Shown here one piece after another: positions 33,368-42,766 of a stretch of 64,000 bases of DNA. Each line of letters begins with the position of its first letter. Position 1 is the first letter of the stretch. The notes beneath the pieces were generated by a model. The model searched no databases. It was not told the origin of the DNA and saw nothing but the letters and a program-made list of their open reading frames with translations. The DNA comes from Deferribacterales bacterium. GTDB lineage: Bacteria; Chrysiogenota; Deferribacteres; Deferribacterales; Geovibrionaceae. Location: contig JBFWLW010000003.1 in assembly GCA_050251945.1 (NCBI GenBank), forward strand, positions 256,001 through 320,000, in the 5' to 3' direction. Made by a program: the position numbers and the translations under genes.

Positions 33368-34358
33368 CGTTGTTCTCCGTTAAAAATTCCGTTATCTTCA
33401 CAGCCCTTTTCACTCCGAGGGTGCCGACGGTACCGAGGAATTTTTTCTTGTTGTTAAGGAATATTTCCGAGGGTCTGTCGCTTTTTACATTGAACATGAC
33501 AAGGTCGCCCTTTGAAAGCTCAAGGATGTCCTCGATGCTCAGCTTGCTGTGTCCCATGTATACGTTTGTATACACTTCGGTGTCGTTGAGAATACTGAGA
33601 ATCTCGTTTTCGTTGTCGCCCATGGCTCCTTTTTTGGCGCCAATGAGCCAGTCTGTGGAGCTTATCTTGCCCAGAACGGGTTCAAGAACTATGGCAGGGA
33701 TACAGAGGTTCATCATTCCGAGCACTTCGCCGAACTTTACCTCGAACACGACAAGTATGACGACTTCGTTTTGGGAAACGATCTGTATGATGTGGGGGCT
33801 GTTTTCCGACAGCTCCTTTTTCATGCGTATGTTGGGGATTATCTGCCGCCAGACTTCCTCAAGGTCTTTGAGGATAAGGCTTAAGATACCGTCCATTATG
33901 TGCTGTTCAAGCGTGGTAAGCTCGCGGGTGTTGAACAGAGGTTTCCCCATTCCGCCCAGAAGTTTGTCGACGATAGGGAAAACCAGCGACGGGTTTATCT
34001 CCAGTACCGTGTTTCCCTCCATGGGTATCATGCTTATGATGTTGAAGCTGGTTGGGTCGGGCAGAGACATAAGGAATTCGCCGTATGTCATCTGGTCAAC
34101 TGACGTAAGTGTTATATCTGTGATGGTTCTCAGATAGTTTGAAAGTGTGGACGAAAAGTTTCTTGCAAACTTGTCGTGCAGGTTACGTATGGAGCGGAGC
34201 TGTTCCTTGCTTACGCGGTCTGGTCTCCGGAAATCATAAACGGATATTTTCTTGGGGACAAAATCCAATTGTTCGACAGTATCATCCGACATATCGTCGT
34301 CTGTCGAGACGGTTGACAGCAGGGCATCAATCTCCTCCTGACTAAGAATATCCGCCAT
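33348..34358 (-). CDS. fliM: Flagellar motor switch protein
   Basis: MADILSQEEIDALL, YDFRRPDR, RELT.LE. Confidence 0.96.
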   Translation of the reverse strand: MADILSQEEIDALLSTVSTDDDMSDDTVEQLDFVPKKISVYDFRRPDRVSKEQLRSIRNLHDKFARNFSSTLSNYLRTITDITLTSVDQMTYGEFLMSLPDPTSFNIISMIPMEGNTVLEINPSLVFPIVDKLLGGMGKPLFNTRELTTLEQHIMDGILSLILKDLEEVWRQIIPNIRMKKELSENSPHIIQIVSQNEVVILVVFEVKFGEVLGMMNLCIPAIVLEPVLGKISSTDWLIGAKKGAMGDNENEILSILNDTEVYTNVYMGHSKLSIEDILELSKGDLVMFNVKSDRPSEIFLNNKKKFLGTVGTLGVKRAVKITEFLTENNDENTAE

Positions 34359-34368
34359 TTATCACCCT

Positions 34369-35439
34369 TTACTTGCAGTATGCAACAATACGCTGGTATA
34401 TCTCGTCCAGAGGGACAACTTCGTCGTGTATGTTCGCTTCGACAACCGCTCTGGGCATGCCGTAGACAACGCATGACGCTTCGTTCTGGGCGATAACGTT
34501 TCCGCCCTTAAGCTTTAGGAGCTGAAGCCCCTTCATTCCGTCGGAACCCATTCCCGTCATGATAACGCCGAGCGCGTCGCGCCCGATGTGTTCTGCAACG
34601 GAAGCCACTGTCACATCCACGCTGGGGATATGCAGAGAGTTTGAAGGTTCCGTAGAAAGCTCTGTATAATAGTGGGGACCAACTTTTTTCAGTTTCATGT
34701 GCACGCCGCCTTTGGCAATGTACACGGTGTTCGGTTCAAGCTGTTCCTTGCCCTGCGCCTCGACGACGTGAACCTTGCTCAGCGAATCGAGCCTTTGGGC
34801 GAGGGATTTAGTAAAGTTCGGGGGCATGTGCTGAACCACAAGCACGGGAACTCCGAGGTCTGCCGGAAGCATCGGGATAACCTTTTGCAGAGACTGGGGA
34901 CCGCCTGTGGAAGTGCCGATCACAACAAGTTTCTTTTTGCTGGTTATCTTCGGCGCCGCCCTTGTTATCATCGGAGCGGCAGGTGCCGCGGTTCCGGAGG
35001 GCGCCATGGGTTTTCTCAGGGTTCTTGCGAAGAACGCCTTGCGTCTGCCGAAGTTCTTAACTTTTTCGCGCAGGTCGTCCTCAATTTTAAGCACGCCGAA
35101 GCTGGCGAACGATTTATCTTTCGGAATGAAGTCAACGGCGCCGAGGTCAAGTGCCTTAAGCGTCGCCTCCGCTCCCTCTGTGGTGAGCGAGCTAACCATG
35201 ATAACGGGCAGAGGGTTATCCGCCATTATCTTTTCCAGAGCCGTCAGTCCGTCCATTCTGGGCATTTCAATGTCCAGTGTTACAACATCAGGCTTGAGTG
35301 TCTTAACTTTCTCGATAGCTTCAATGCCGTTGCTGGCGGTACCTATTACCTGTATATCCGGATCTTTGGCAAGCATGCCTTCAATTGCTCTGCGCATGAA
35401 GGCGGAATCATCAACAACAAGCACAGTGATCTTATTCAT
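34369..35439 (-). CDS. cheB: Chemotaxis methylesterase
   Basis: REC domain plus GTSTGGP, VQHMP, PSVD, TGMGSDG, VVYGMP. Confidence 0.97.
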   Translation of the reverse strand: MNKITVLVVDDSAFMRRAIEGMLAKDPDIQVIGTASNGIEAIEKVKTLKPDVVTLDIEMPRMDGLTALEKIMADNPLPVIMVSSLTTEGAEATLKALDLGAVDFIPKDKSFASFGVLKIEDDLREKVKNFGRRKAFFARTLRKPMAPSGTAAPAAPMITRAAPKITSKKKLVVIGTSTGGPQSLQKVIPMLPADLGVPVLVVQHMPPNFTKSLAQRLDSLSKVHVVEAQGKEQLEPNTVYIAKGGVHMKLKKVGPHYYTELSTEPSNSLHIPSVDVTVASVAEHIGRDALGVIMTGMGSDGMKGLQLLKLKGGNVIAQNEASCVVYGMPRAVVEANIHDEVVPLDEIYQRIVAYCK

Positions 35440-36169
35440 AAAACTCCCTCAGTCTCTTCTGAAGCTTTGCCGCGGCCGCAGAGTGGATCTGTGACACTCT
35501 GGACTCAGTGATGCCCAGAACTTCAGCTATCTCCTTCATAGTGAGTTCTTCGTAATAATACAGTGAAACTACGTATTTCTCTTTTTCTCCAAGCGCATCT
35601 ATTTCTTCTGCAAGTTTTTCAACAAGCGTGTTTCTGACTGTTTCATCCTCGGGTGTAAGCCCGTTGAATTTGATAAAGTCAACAAGCGTGGTCTCGCCGT
35701 CGGGTCCGATGGTTTCGTCAAGGCTCAGCACCTTGTCGTTTTCCATAAGCTCCTGAAGCCTGTGAACCTCTGTTTCGGAAAAGTCGCTGTTGCTGACAAT
35801 CTCCTCAACGCTGGGCTTTTCACCGGAATGTCTGTAATGGCTGTCCATGTGTCTTTCAAGCTGTTTAAGCCTTGTGCGGACATTTCTGGGGAGAAAGTCG
35901 AGGTTGCGCAGTGTGTCGAGTATTGCGCCCTTGATGCGTCTTTCGCCGTATGTATAGAAATTTACGTTTCTGTCTTTGTCAAATCTTTCAAGTGATTCTA
36001 TAAGTCCGAGACATGCGGAAGAGTAGAGATCGTCCACATCCACGCTGTCGGGCAGAGTGGTACTGATTCGCAGAACCCATGACTTTATCCTCGGCATGAA
36101 CTCCGTGATAATTTTTTCTTTTTCTTCCCTGCTGAATTTGTTACCTGATGCAGACTCGTAAGGCGTCAC
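35432..36169 (-). CDS. fliA: Flagellar sigma factor sigma28
   Basis: RIKGAILD.LR, PR.VR, SLD, LYYYEELTMKEIAEVLGITESRVSQIH. Confidence 0.95.
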   Translation of the reverse strand: MTPYESASGNKFSREEKEKIITEFMPRIKSWVLRISTTLPDSVDVDDLYSSACLGLIESLERFDKDRNVNFYTYGERRIKGAILDTLRNLDFLPRNVRTRLKQLERHMDSHYRHSGEKPSVEEIVSNSDFSETEVHRLQELMENDKVLSLDETIGPDGETTLVDFIKFNGLTPEDETVRNTLVEKLAEEIDALGEKEKYVVSLYYYEELTMKEIAEVLGITESRVSQIHSAAAAKLQKRLREFYE

Positions 36170-36369
36170 ATTATCTTCCTGAAGTTAATTAAAATACGGT
36201 CTATCATAAAGAACAGACTTTTTGCGATCATATAAATCGCAAAGAACATTATAATGTCCCTTATCATATAAGTCAATTTTACATCAAAAATTATGAATTT
36301 CACCACAAAAGAGGTGATGAAGACCGTTGAAGACAACAGCAGCGCCATTTCCCTGTAAGAAAGATTCAT
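36166..36369 (-). CDS. Small two-TM membrane protein
   Basis: 67 aa with two hydrophobic helices; GGAGG RBS; overlaps the fliA start. Confidence 0.7.
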   Translation of the reverse strand: MNLSYREMALLLSSTVFITSFVVKFIIFDVKLTYMIRDIIMFFAIYMIAKSLFFMIDRILINFRKIM

Positions 36370-36391
36370 ACCGTCCTCCTGTGAAACCTGT

Positions 36392-37237
36392 TCACTTGAA
36401 GACGCCTTTCAGCTTTTCGTAGAGATTCTGCTTCTTCTGTTCCAGTTCAAGCTGCCCGGAAATCTTCTTTGCTATGGGCAGCAGGTCTTTAACATATGAT
36501 GCCGTAGGGGCGAGTATGCAGACCGGCTTCTGGTTCTTAACGGATTTTATCAGCGTTTTGTCCTCTCGCAGATAACCCAGAAGGGAAAGCTCCACGTTAA
36601 GGAACTTCTGTGCAACATTTTTCATGCTCTCAAAAATTCCTTTAACACCTGCAACGTCGTCCACCCTGTTGAGTACAAAGTGAATCTCCTGAATGCCGTA
36701 CTGAAAATGCACGACCTTCATAAAAGCGTATGCGTCGGTTATCGCGGTGGGTTCCGGCACTGTAAGCACGATGACCATATCCGCGACGGATGCGAACCGT
36801 ATCACGTTTTCAGAGATTCCCGCGCCCGTGTCAAACAGTATGAAATCATACTGTCCGTCCAGCAGAACGAATATGTCCAGAAGCTTTTCATGTTCCTTTT
36901 CAGACAGATTTGAGAGCTCAACGAAGCCGCTGGAGGCGGGGATGACATCAATGCCGTAAACGTTGCGCTTTATGATGTCGTTCAGCCCGACCTCGCCCGT
37001 CAGAAATTTTCTGATAGAGGCGGAAACGCTGATATTGAGCAGGATGTCAACGTTGGCAAGTCCAAGGTCTGCGTCGAAGACGAGGACTTTTTTGCCTAGC
37101 TGTGCCAGCAGACAAGCAAGGTTTACGGCAAAATTTGTCTTGCCTACACCACCTTTTCCGCTGGAGATAGAAAGGTAAGTCGCCTTTCTGTTCTGCTCCC
37201 ATGCTTTCTTTCGCAGGCTGTGTGCCTGATCCGTCAT
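36392..37237 (-). CDS. flhG: MinD-like flagellar number regulator
   Basis: DQA..LR, SGKGGVGKT, DADLGLAN, DTGAG, PEPTAITDAY. Confidence 0.94.
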   Translation of the reverse strand: MTDQAHSLRKKAWEQNRKATYLSISSGKGGVGKTNFAVNLACLLAQLGKKVLVFDADLGLANVDILLNISVSASIRKFLTGEVGLNDIIKRNVYGIDVIPASSGFVELSNLSEKEHEKLLDIFVLLDGQYDFILFDTGAGISENVIRFASVADMVIVLTVPEPTAITDAYAFMKVVHFQYGIQEIHFVLNRVDDVAGVKGIFESMKNVAQKFLNVELSLLGYLREDKTLIKSVKNQKPVCILAPTASYVKDLLPIAKKISGQLELEQKKQNLYEKLKGVFK

Positions 37238-38454
37238 TTATCGCTCCATAGGGACGGTATCTCTCCGAGAACCTGAGAAGCAATTTTCCTGCCATCAGGT
37301 AACTCCATATCGTCCGGTACATTTTGTCCTTTTGATAACAGCATAACAGGTGTCTTTTTCTTTATCGGCAGATTTATCAGCGGGCCGAAATATTTTGTTT
37401 CGTCCAGTTTCGTGAATATCATGTATTCTGGCATCAGCTTGGAATATCTGTCGAATGTGTCCGATAGCTCCGCATGATTGCAGCTCATGGACAGCACCAG
37501 CGCCACTTTGATAAGGGGGCTGACCTCAAGGAATTTCCGCAGGTCGCCTATCTGTTCATTATCGAACTGACTGCGCCCCATGGAGTCTATAAAAACATAC
37601 TCGTAATCTTTGAGTTCGTATATTATTTTCTCAAGTTCGGTGGGGGAGGACGCAACCTTCAGGGGGATGCTTACTATCTCCGCATAGTTTTTTAGCTGTT
37701 CCACTGCACCTATGCGGAAATTGTCTATGGTGATCAGCGCCACGGATTTTTTAAGCTGAAGGCTCAGGTTTGCAGCTATCTTTGCTATTGTGGTCGTCTT
37801 TCCGACACCTGTGGGTCCGACAAGTGCAAGCACCTTCTGTTTTATCATGGAAAAATAGTCCTTTTCCATAGGCACAAGGTCGCCCAGAAGCTGAACTGAA
37901 AGGTTTTTCACCTGATTGCGGGAAAGACCCGCAGCCGCACGTTTCTCTATCTTTTTAAGGAATTTGTAAGCGATGTCGTCGTCCACGCCGTTTTTAAGCA
38001 GTATATTGTAGAATTCAAGCACCGGCTGTGACAGGTCAACGACAAAATTGTCCTTCATACCGGATTTTATCTCAAGCATCTGTCTTTTTATCTCAGCGAT
38101 ATCGTTTACAAGTCCCTCAAATTTGTTAAGCCCCAGCGTGTTAATAATTTCCGTTATTTTGTCCGCTTCGGATTTCTCATGAACGGCAGGTTTGAACTGC
38201 TGTGGTTTATATGTATTCGCGTATGCATTTGCAGCGGGAGCGGCTGGTTTTCCTGCGGTCTTTTTAGCGTTTATCACCCGTTCGTCGTCTTCGATGCCGA
38301 CAGTCACCTCTATGATAGGGCGCGAAAAGAGACCGAAGCTGTTGTTCTTAACCACCTTGCGGGTGGAAAGTATCATCGCTTCGGGACCGAGCTCTTCCTT
38401 TATGAGCTTCATCGCCTCTTTCATATCAAAGACTTCGTACTTTTTGATCCTCAT
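37234..38454 (-). CDS. flhF: Flagellar SRP-family GTPase
   Basis: GPTGVGKTTT, DNFRIGA, DSMGRS, TKLDET, GQNVPDD. Confidence 0.95.
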   Translation of the reverse strand: MRIKKYEVFDMKEAMKLIKEELGPEAMILSTRKVVKNNSFGLFSRPIIEVTVGIEDDERVINAKKTAGKPAAPAANAYANTYKPQQFKPAVHEKSEADKITEIINTLGLNKFEGLVNDIAEIKRQMLEIKSGMKDNFVVDLSQPVLEFYNILLKNGVDDDIAYKFLKKIEKRAAAGLSRNQVKNLSVQLLGDLVPMEKDYFSMIKQKVLALVGPTGVGKTTTIAKIAANLSLQLKKSVALITIDNFRIGAVEQLKNYAEIVSIPLKVASSPTELEKIIYELKDYEYVFIDSMGRSQFDNEQIGDLRKFLEVSPLIKVALVLSMSCNHAELSDTFDRYSKLMPEYMIFTKLDETKYFGPLINLPIKKKTPVMLLSKGQNVPDDMELPDGRKIASQVLGEIPSLWSDK

Positions 38455-40538
38455 ATATTAATCTCCAGCATACCGAGGCTCTCGATCCTTACGCTGTCGC
38501 TTATCTCATTATGGGACATAATATTTATGTTGTGAACAAATTTTTCAACAAATCTTCTCATTGGCAGTCTTATGGGCGGAGAGACTATCAGAACGGGAGG
38601 CAGGCTCTTCGCTATGCACTGATCGGATTTCTGTATCACAGCAGACAGTATCTTCTGTGCAACGGAAGGGTCAATCACTATTTCCTGTCCGTCGTCGCCT
38701 TTCTGTATGTTCGTTGCAACGAACTGTTCAACCTTGGAGGGCAGCGTGAAAACGTAAAGCTTGCCGTCTGCGGCGAGGAGGCTCTCGGTTATCTGGCGTT
38801 TCAGCACGGCGCGCACCCGTTCCGTGAGGAAATCGGGATGTTTGTTCTGCATTCCGTATGTCGCCAGAATCTCCAGAATTGTCTGCAGGTTTCTGATGGA
38901 GACACGTTCTTTCAGAAGTGCCTGAAGCACGCGGTTCACAGTACCGAGATCGAGTATTGCGGGAATCACGTCGTCCACAAGTTTCGGATATTTTTCCTTG
39001 AGCTTGTCCAGAAGCTCCTGAGTTTCCTGTCTGCCCAGAAGTTCGTGAGCGTTGGATTTAATTATTTCTGTCAGGTGGGTCGCAATGACAGTTGAGGGAT
39101 CGACTATGGTACAGCCCTCTATCTCCGCCATATCCTTCACTGCTTCGTCAACCCATTTTGCATCCAGCCCGTATGCCGGTTCTTTCGTCGGTATGCCGTC
39201 GAAATCGGAAACTGAACCTTCGGGGTTCATGATGAGAAACTTATCGGGAAAGATTGAGCCTGTATTTATGCGCACACCCTTAAGCATGACCGCATAGCCG
39301 TTGGCATCAAGCTGTAAATTGTCGCGTATGCGAACCGGAGGAACTATAAAACCCATTTCCAGTGCAAGCTGGCGGCGTATCGCCTTTATGCGGTTGAGGA
39401 GCGTTCCGCCCTGACTGGCGTCAACCAGAGGGATAAGGGCAAAGCCTATCTCCAGTTCCATTATATCCATTTCCAGAAGGCTTTTCACTTCGTCCTCTTC
39501 CGGAATCGGGGCTTTCTCTTTTTCTGTAGCGGCAGCTTTTTCTTTCTCCTGCTCTTTCTCCTTTCCGGCGTTCTTAGACAGCCATGCCAGATATATGAAC
39601 AGCGAACCCAGCAGGATGAAAGAGAGTTTCGGCATCCCGGGTATTATAGCGAAGAAAAGAAGGATGCCCCCCGTGATGCCAAGCACTTTCGTACTGTTGA
39701 AAAGCTGGCTGAAAAGCTGATTAGCAAGGTCGCCGCCGGAACCTGCCCGTGAAACGATAAGACCCGCGGCTGTTGATATTATAAGTGAAGGTATCTGTGA
39801 GACAAGACCGTCGCCGACGGTGAGCACAGTGTATCGTTCAGCCGCCTGAATGACTTCCATCCCGCCCTGAACAACGCCTATCACAAGACCGCCCAGAATG
39901 TTTATAACTGTGATGATGAGACCCGCAACGGCATCTCCGCGGACAAATTTACTGGCACCGTCCATAGAGCCGAAGTAGTCCGCCTCTTTCTGTATGTCGA
40001 TACGTTTCTGTCTCGCTTCGTCCTCTGAAATCATCCCCGCGTTCAGGTCTGCGTCAATAGACATCTGTTTACCGGGCATCGCATCCAGTGTGAATCTGGC
40101 TGCAACTTCCGCGATACGGGTTGAACCCTTGGTGATAACCATAAAGTTGATGATGATTAGGATGAGGAACACTATGATACCGACGGCATAGTTGCCGCCT
40201 ACCACAAACTGACCGAACGCACGGATAACTTCGCCCGCCGCATCTTCACCTTCATAACCGTGAAGGAGAATGGTTCTGGTTGTTGCAACGTTCAGAGAGA
40301 GCCTGAACAGTGTGACAATCAGAAGCACTGTGGGAAATGTGGAAAATTTCAGCGGCTGATCGGAGTGTATCGCCACCATAAGTATGATGATGGAGAGCGC
40401 CACGCTGCTTGTCAGCAAAAGATCCAGCAGTATAGCAGGTACGGGCAGAACCATCACGGCTATTATTGCCATGAAGAACACGGAGAAGGAGATCTCTTTC
40501 TGCTTTAGGATGTTAAGATATTCTCTGGCGTCTGCCAT
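38451..40538 (-). CDS. flhA: Flagellar export gate protein
   Basis: RIAEVAARFTLDAMPGKQMSIDADL, GSMDGASKFVRGD. Confidence 0.97.
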   Translation of the reverse strand: MADAREYLNILKQKEISFSVFFMAIIAVMVLPVPAILLDLLLTSSVALSIIILMVAIHSDQPLKFSTFPTVLLIVTLFRLSLNVATTRTILLHGYEGEDAAGEVIRAFGQFVVGGNYAVGIIVFLILIIINFMVITKGSTRIAEVAARFTLDAMPGKQMSIDADLNAGMISEDEARQKRIDIQKEADYFGSMDGASKFVRGDAVAGLIITVINILGGLVIGVVQGGMEVIQAAERYTVLTVGDGLVSQIPSLIISTAAGLIVSRAGSGGDLANQLFSQLFNSTKVLGITGGILLFFAIIPGMPKLSFILLGSLFIYLAWLSKNAGKEKEQEKEKAAATEKEKAPIPEEDEVKSLLEMDIMELEIGFALIPLVDASQGGTLLNRIKAIRRQLALEMGFIVPPVRIRDNLQLDANGYAVMLKGVRINTGSIFPDKFLIMNPEGSVSDFDGIPTKEPAYGLDAKWVDEAVKDMAEIEGCTIVDPSTVIATHLTEIIKSNAHELLGRQETQELLDKLKEKYPKLVDDVIPAILDLGTVNRVLQALLKERVSIRNLQTILEILATYGMQNKHPDFLTERVRAVLKRQITESLLAADGKLYVFTLPSKVEQFVATNIQKGDDGQEIVIDPSVAQKILSAVIQKSDQCIAKSLPPVLIVSPPIRLPMRRFVEKFVHNINIMSHNEISDSVRIESLGMLEINI

Positions 40539-40585
40539 TTACCGTCCTTTTGCCGTTTATATGCGGCGCATTACTGCGTCAGTTG

Positions 40586-40810
40586 TTGCTGTTTATCTGC
40601 TTCGTTCTACGTCGTCATATTTTGTTCGCTCGCAACACATACAGAGTACGTATGCTTTTGCTCGTCTCACAAAATCTTCCTTGTATAGCTTGCATCTGAA
40701 CAGCAAGTGTCAAGGAAGTGGTGGACTCGTCTTTGCGAGCGGAGCGAAGCAATCTCGTTTTCCCCCTTCCTTCAGACAAAGGAGGGTCGGGTGGGATTTG
40801 ACTTACCACC
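40586..40810. repeat. Composite palindromic (REP/RPE/MITE-like) element between flhB and flhA
   Basis: Long imperfect hairpin at 40586-40706, GTCTTTGCGAGCGGAGCGAAGCAATCTC at 40729-40756, and CCCCCTTCCTT..AAGGAGGG..GGGAT at 40762-40797. Confidence 0.7.
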
Positions 40811-40815
40811 GCACT

Positions 40816-41865
40816 TTATTTCTTCTTAAATTTATCAACGAGAGCGAGAATTTCCGCCACCGCTTTGAACAGATTTTCAGGTATTTCATCCCCTATGTCA
40901 ACCGTTTTGAAAAGTGAGCGTGCAATGGGCGGGTCTTCATGCACAAGTATGCCGTGTTCCTTTGCCACCTCGCGTATCCGAAGCGCCATCAGCCTCTGTC
41001 CTTTTGCCAGACAGACAGGCGCTCTGTCCTGACCCAGATTGTACCTGAGAGCCACTGCATAGTGGGTGGGGTTGGTAACGACCACGTCCGCTTTCGGCAC
41101 GTCGTCCATCATTCTTTGGCGGGCAAGCTCCCTCTGTGCCTTGCGGATGCGCCCCTTTATCTGCGGATCCCCTTCCATTTGCTTGTGTTCGTCCTTTATC
41201 TCCTGTTTGGTCATCTTGAGGTCTTCTTTGTGCTGGAAACGGACGTAAGCATAGTCTATGAGAGCCATCACAAGCGCCATAAGACTTATCTTCCACACGA
41301 TTTCATACATTAACGAGCCGAAATACGTAATAATATCTATAATATCTGCATCGGCAAGGGTTACGATGGTCTCCATTTTCCCCTTAACGATATAATATGC
41401 AAACCAGCCTACGACGAAAATTTTGAACAGAGATTTCACCAGTTCAACAAGGCTTCTTTTAGAGAAAAAACGCCCGAATCCTGTGAACGGATTTATCCTG
41501 TCCAGTTTAAGTTCAAGAGCTTTCGGCGTGAACACAAACCCGACCTGCATGATGTTTGCGGCAACGGATATGAACAGTATCAGCGCCATAAAGGGTGCGA
41601 CTATCAGTCCCGCCTCTTTAGTGCAGTAAACAAGCAGCCCCATCAGGTTGTCCACCGTGATGTTGTAGTCGTCGATGGTGAGCAGTTCGCGCATTATCCT
41701 GCCCATTCCTTTCAAAAAAAAAGGTGCGTAAAAATGCAGAAATACCGCGCTGGCAAGCAGTATCAGAGCTGTCGGCAATTCGCGGCTTTTCGGAATGTTC
41801 CCTTCGGATGCGGCGTCTGAAAGCCGCTTACCCGTCGGGTCTTCGGTTTTGTTTTCGTCGGCCAT
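40816..41865 (-). CDS. flhB: Flagellar export switch protein
   Basis: KTEDPT.KRL, EGDPQIK and the NPTH autocleavage motif. Confidence 0.97.
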   Translation of the reverse strand: MADENKTEDPTGKRLSDAASEGNIPKSRELPTALILLASAVFLHFYAPFFLKGMGRIMRELLTIDDYNITVDNLMGLLVYCTKEAGLIVAPFMALILFISVAANIMQVGFVFTPKALELKLDRINPFTGFGRFFSKRSLVELVKSLFKIFVVGWFAYYIVKGKMETIVTLADADIIDIITYFGSLMYEIVWKISLMALVMALIDYAYVRFQHKEDLKMTKQEIKDEHKQMEGDPQIKGRIRKAQRELARQRMMDDVPKADVVVTNPTHYAVALRYNLGQDRAPVCLAKGQRLMALRIREVAKEHGILVHEDPPIARSLFKTVDIGDEIPENLFKAVAEILALVDKFKKK

Positions 41866-41866
41866 T

Positions 41867-42640
41867 CTATAAGTACCTTATAAGGTTCGCCACGTTTTCA
41901 AAATAAACGTACAGGAGTTTTTCAAAAACGATGTAAAAATAACTCATGCCTATCGCCATAACGGTCATTCCCACCGCTATCTGAATAGGAAACCCGACGA
42001 TCATAAGGTTAAGCTGCGGAACCATGCGCCCCATGATGCCCAGAACAAGCTGCAGAACCAGAAGGGTTATGAATACAGGCGCGGTTATCTTAAGCGCTGT
42101 TATGAATATGGTCGAAAAAAGCTTTGTAAGGTACAGAAACGCATTGGCGTCCACAGGATATATACCTATCGGGATGGTTTCAAAGGAGGCGCGTATTGCC
42201 TGTATCAGCAGTAAATGCCCGCCGACGGCAATAAATATGAGTATCATGGCAATGTTCAGGAACTGGGAGATGATGGATATGGATATGTTTGCCTGCGGGT
42301 CGAAAACGTTCACGATACCGAATCCCATCTGGGTACCGATTATCTGACCGCCGAGCTGAACACCGACGAACAGAAGATGCACAAGCAGCCCTATACAAAC
42401 GCCGAGAAGTATCTCTTTGGCTATCATCAGGATAAGCATTGGACCGGAAGGATCTTGTATGTCAAGTTTCTTGACAGAAGTATATATTATCATTGCGAAT
42501 ATCAGCGAAAAGAGCATGCGGATATGCGGTTTTACGACGTTACTGCCGAAAACGGGTGCAGTCGTCATTATTGCCGCAGTGCGTATCATCACCAGCAGAA
42601 ATGTCACAAAAAGCTGAGTATCGTACAAAAATTCAAACAT
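41867..42640 (-). CDS. fliR: Flagellar export protein
   Basis: Hydrophobic 257 aa with APVFG, GQIIGTQMGFG..DP, RMVPQLN..VGFP. Confidence 0.95.
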   Translation of the reverse strand: MFEFLYDTQLFVTFLLVMIRTAAIMTTAPVFGSNVVKPHIRMLFSLIFAMIIYTSVKKLDIQDPSGPMLILMIAKEILLGVCIGLLVHLLFVGVQLGGQIIGTQMGFGIVNVFDPQANISISIISQFLNIAMILIFIAVGGHLLLIQAIRASFETIPIGIYPVDANAFLYLTKLFSTIFITALKITAPVFITLLVLQLVLGIMGRMVPQLNLMIVGFPIQIAVGMTVMAIGMSYFYIVFEKLLYVYFENVANLIRYL

Positions 42641-42766
42641 TCCACATTCTATTGCCAGTCACGGAGAATTACAACGGATTTCAGGAAAAAAGACTTTCAA
42701 TTGTTCTGCCGATATGTAAAATTAAGATGTGGAAATGTTTTCCATAAAACAAAAGAGGTTTTTCAG

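Noticed and set aside
40615..40809. 64-aa ORF in the flhB-flhA gap
   Set aside because: Lies wholly within palindromic repeats, with no clear RBS or protein-like motif.
41714..41722. A9 tract in flhB (and T9 at 63586-63594) as phase-variation switches
   Set aside because: Both genes are in frame and the tracts encode Phe runs; no evidence of length variation from one sequence.
42215..42766. N-terminal 184-aa extension of the mqnC ORF
   Set aside because: It is mostly antisense to fliR; homology and an RBS begin at GTG 42767.
42641..42766. fliR-mqnC gap as oriC because gene strand switches here
   Set aside because: Only two imperfect box-like 9-mers, no trio run, and no parS nearby; the dnaN-upstream region fits much better.
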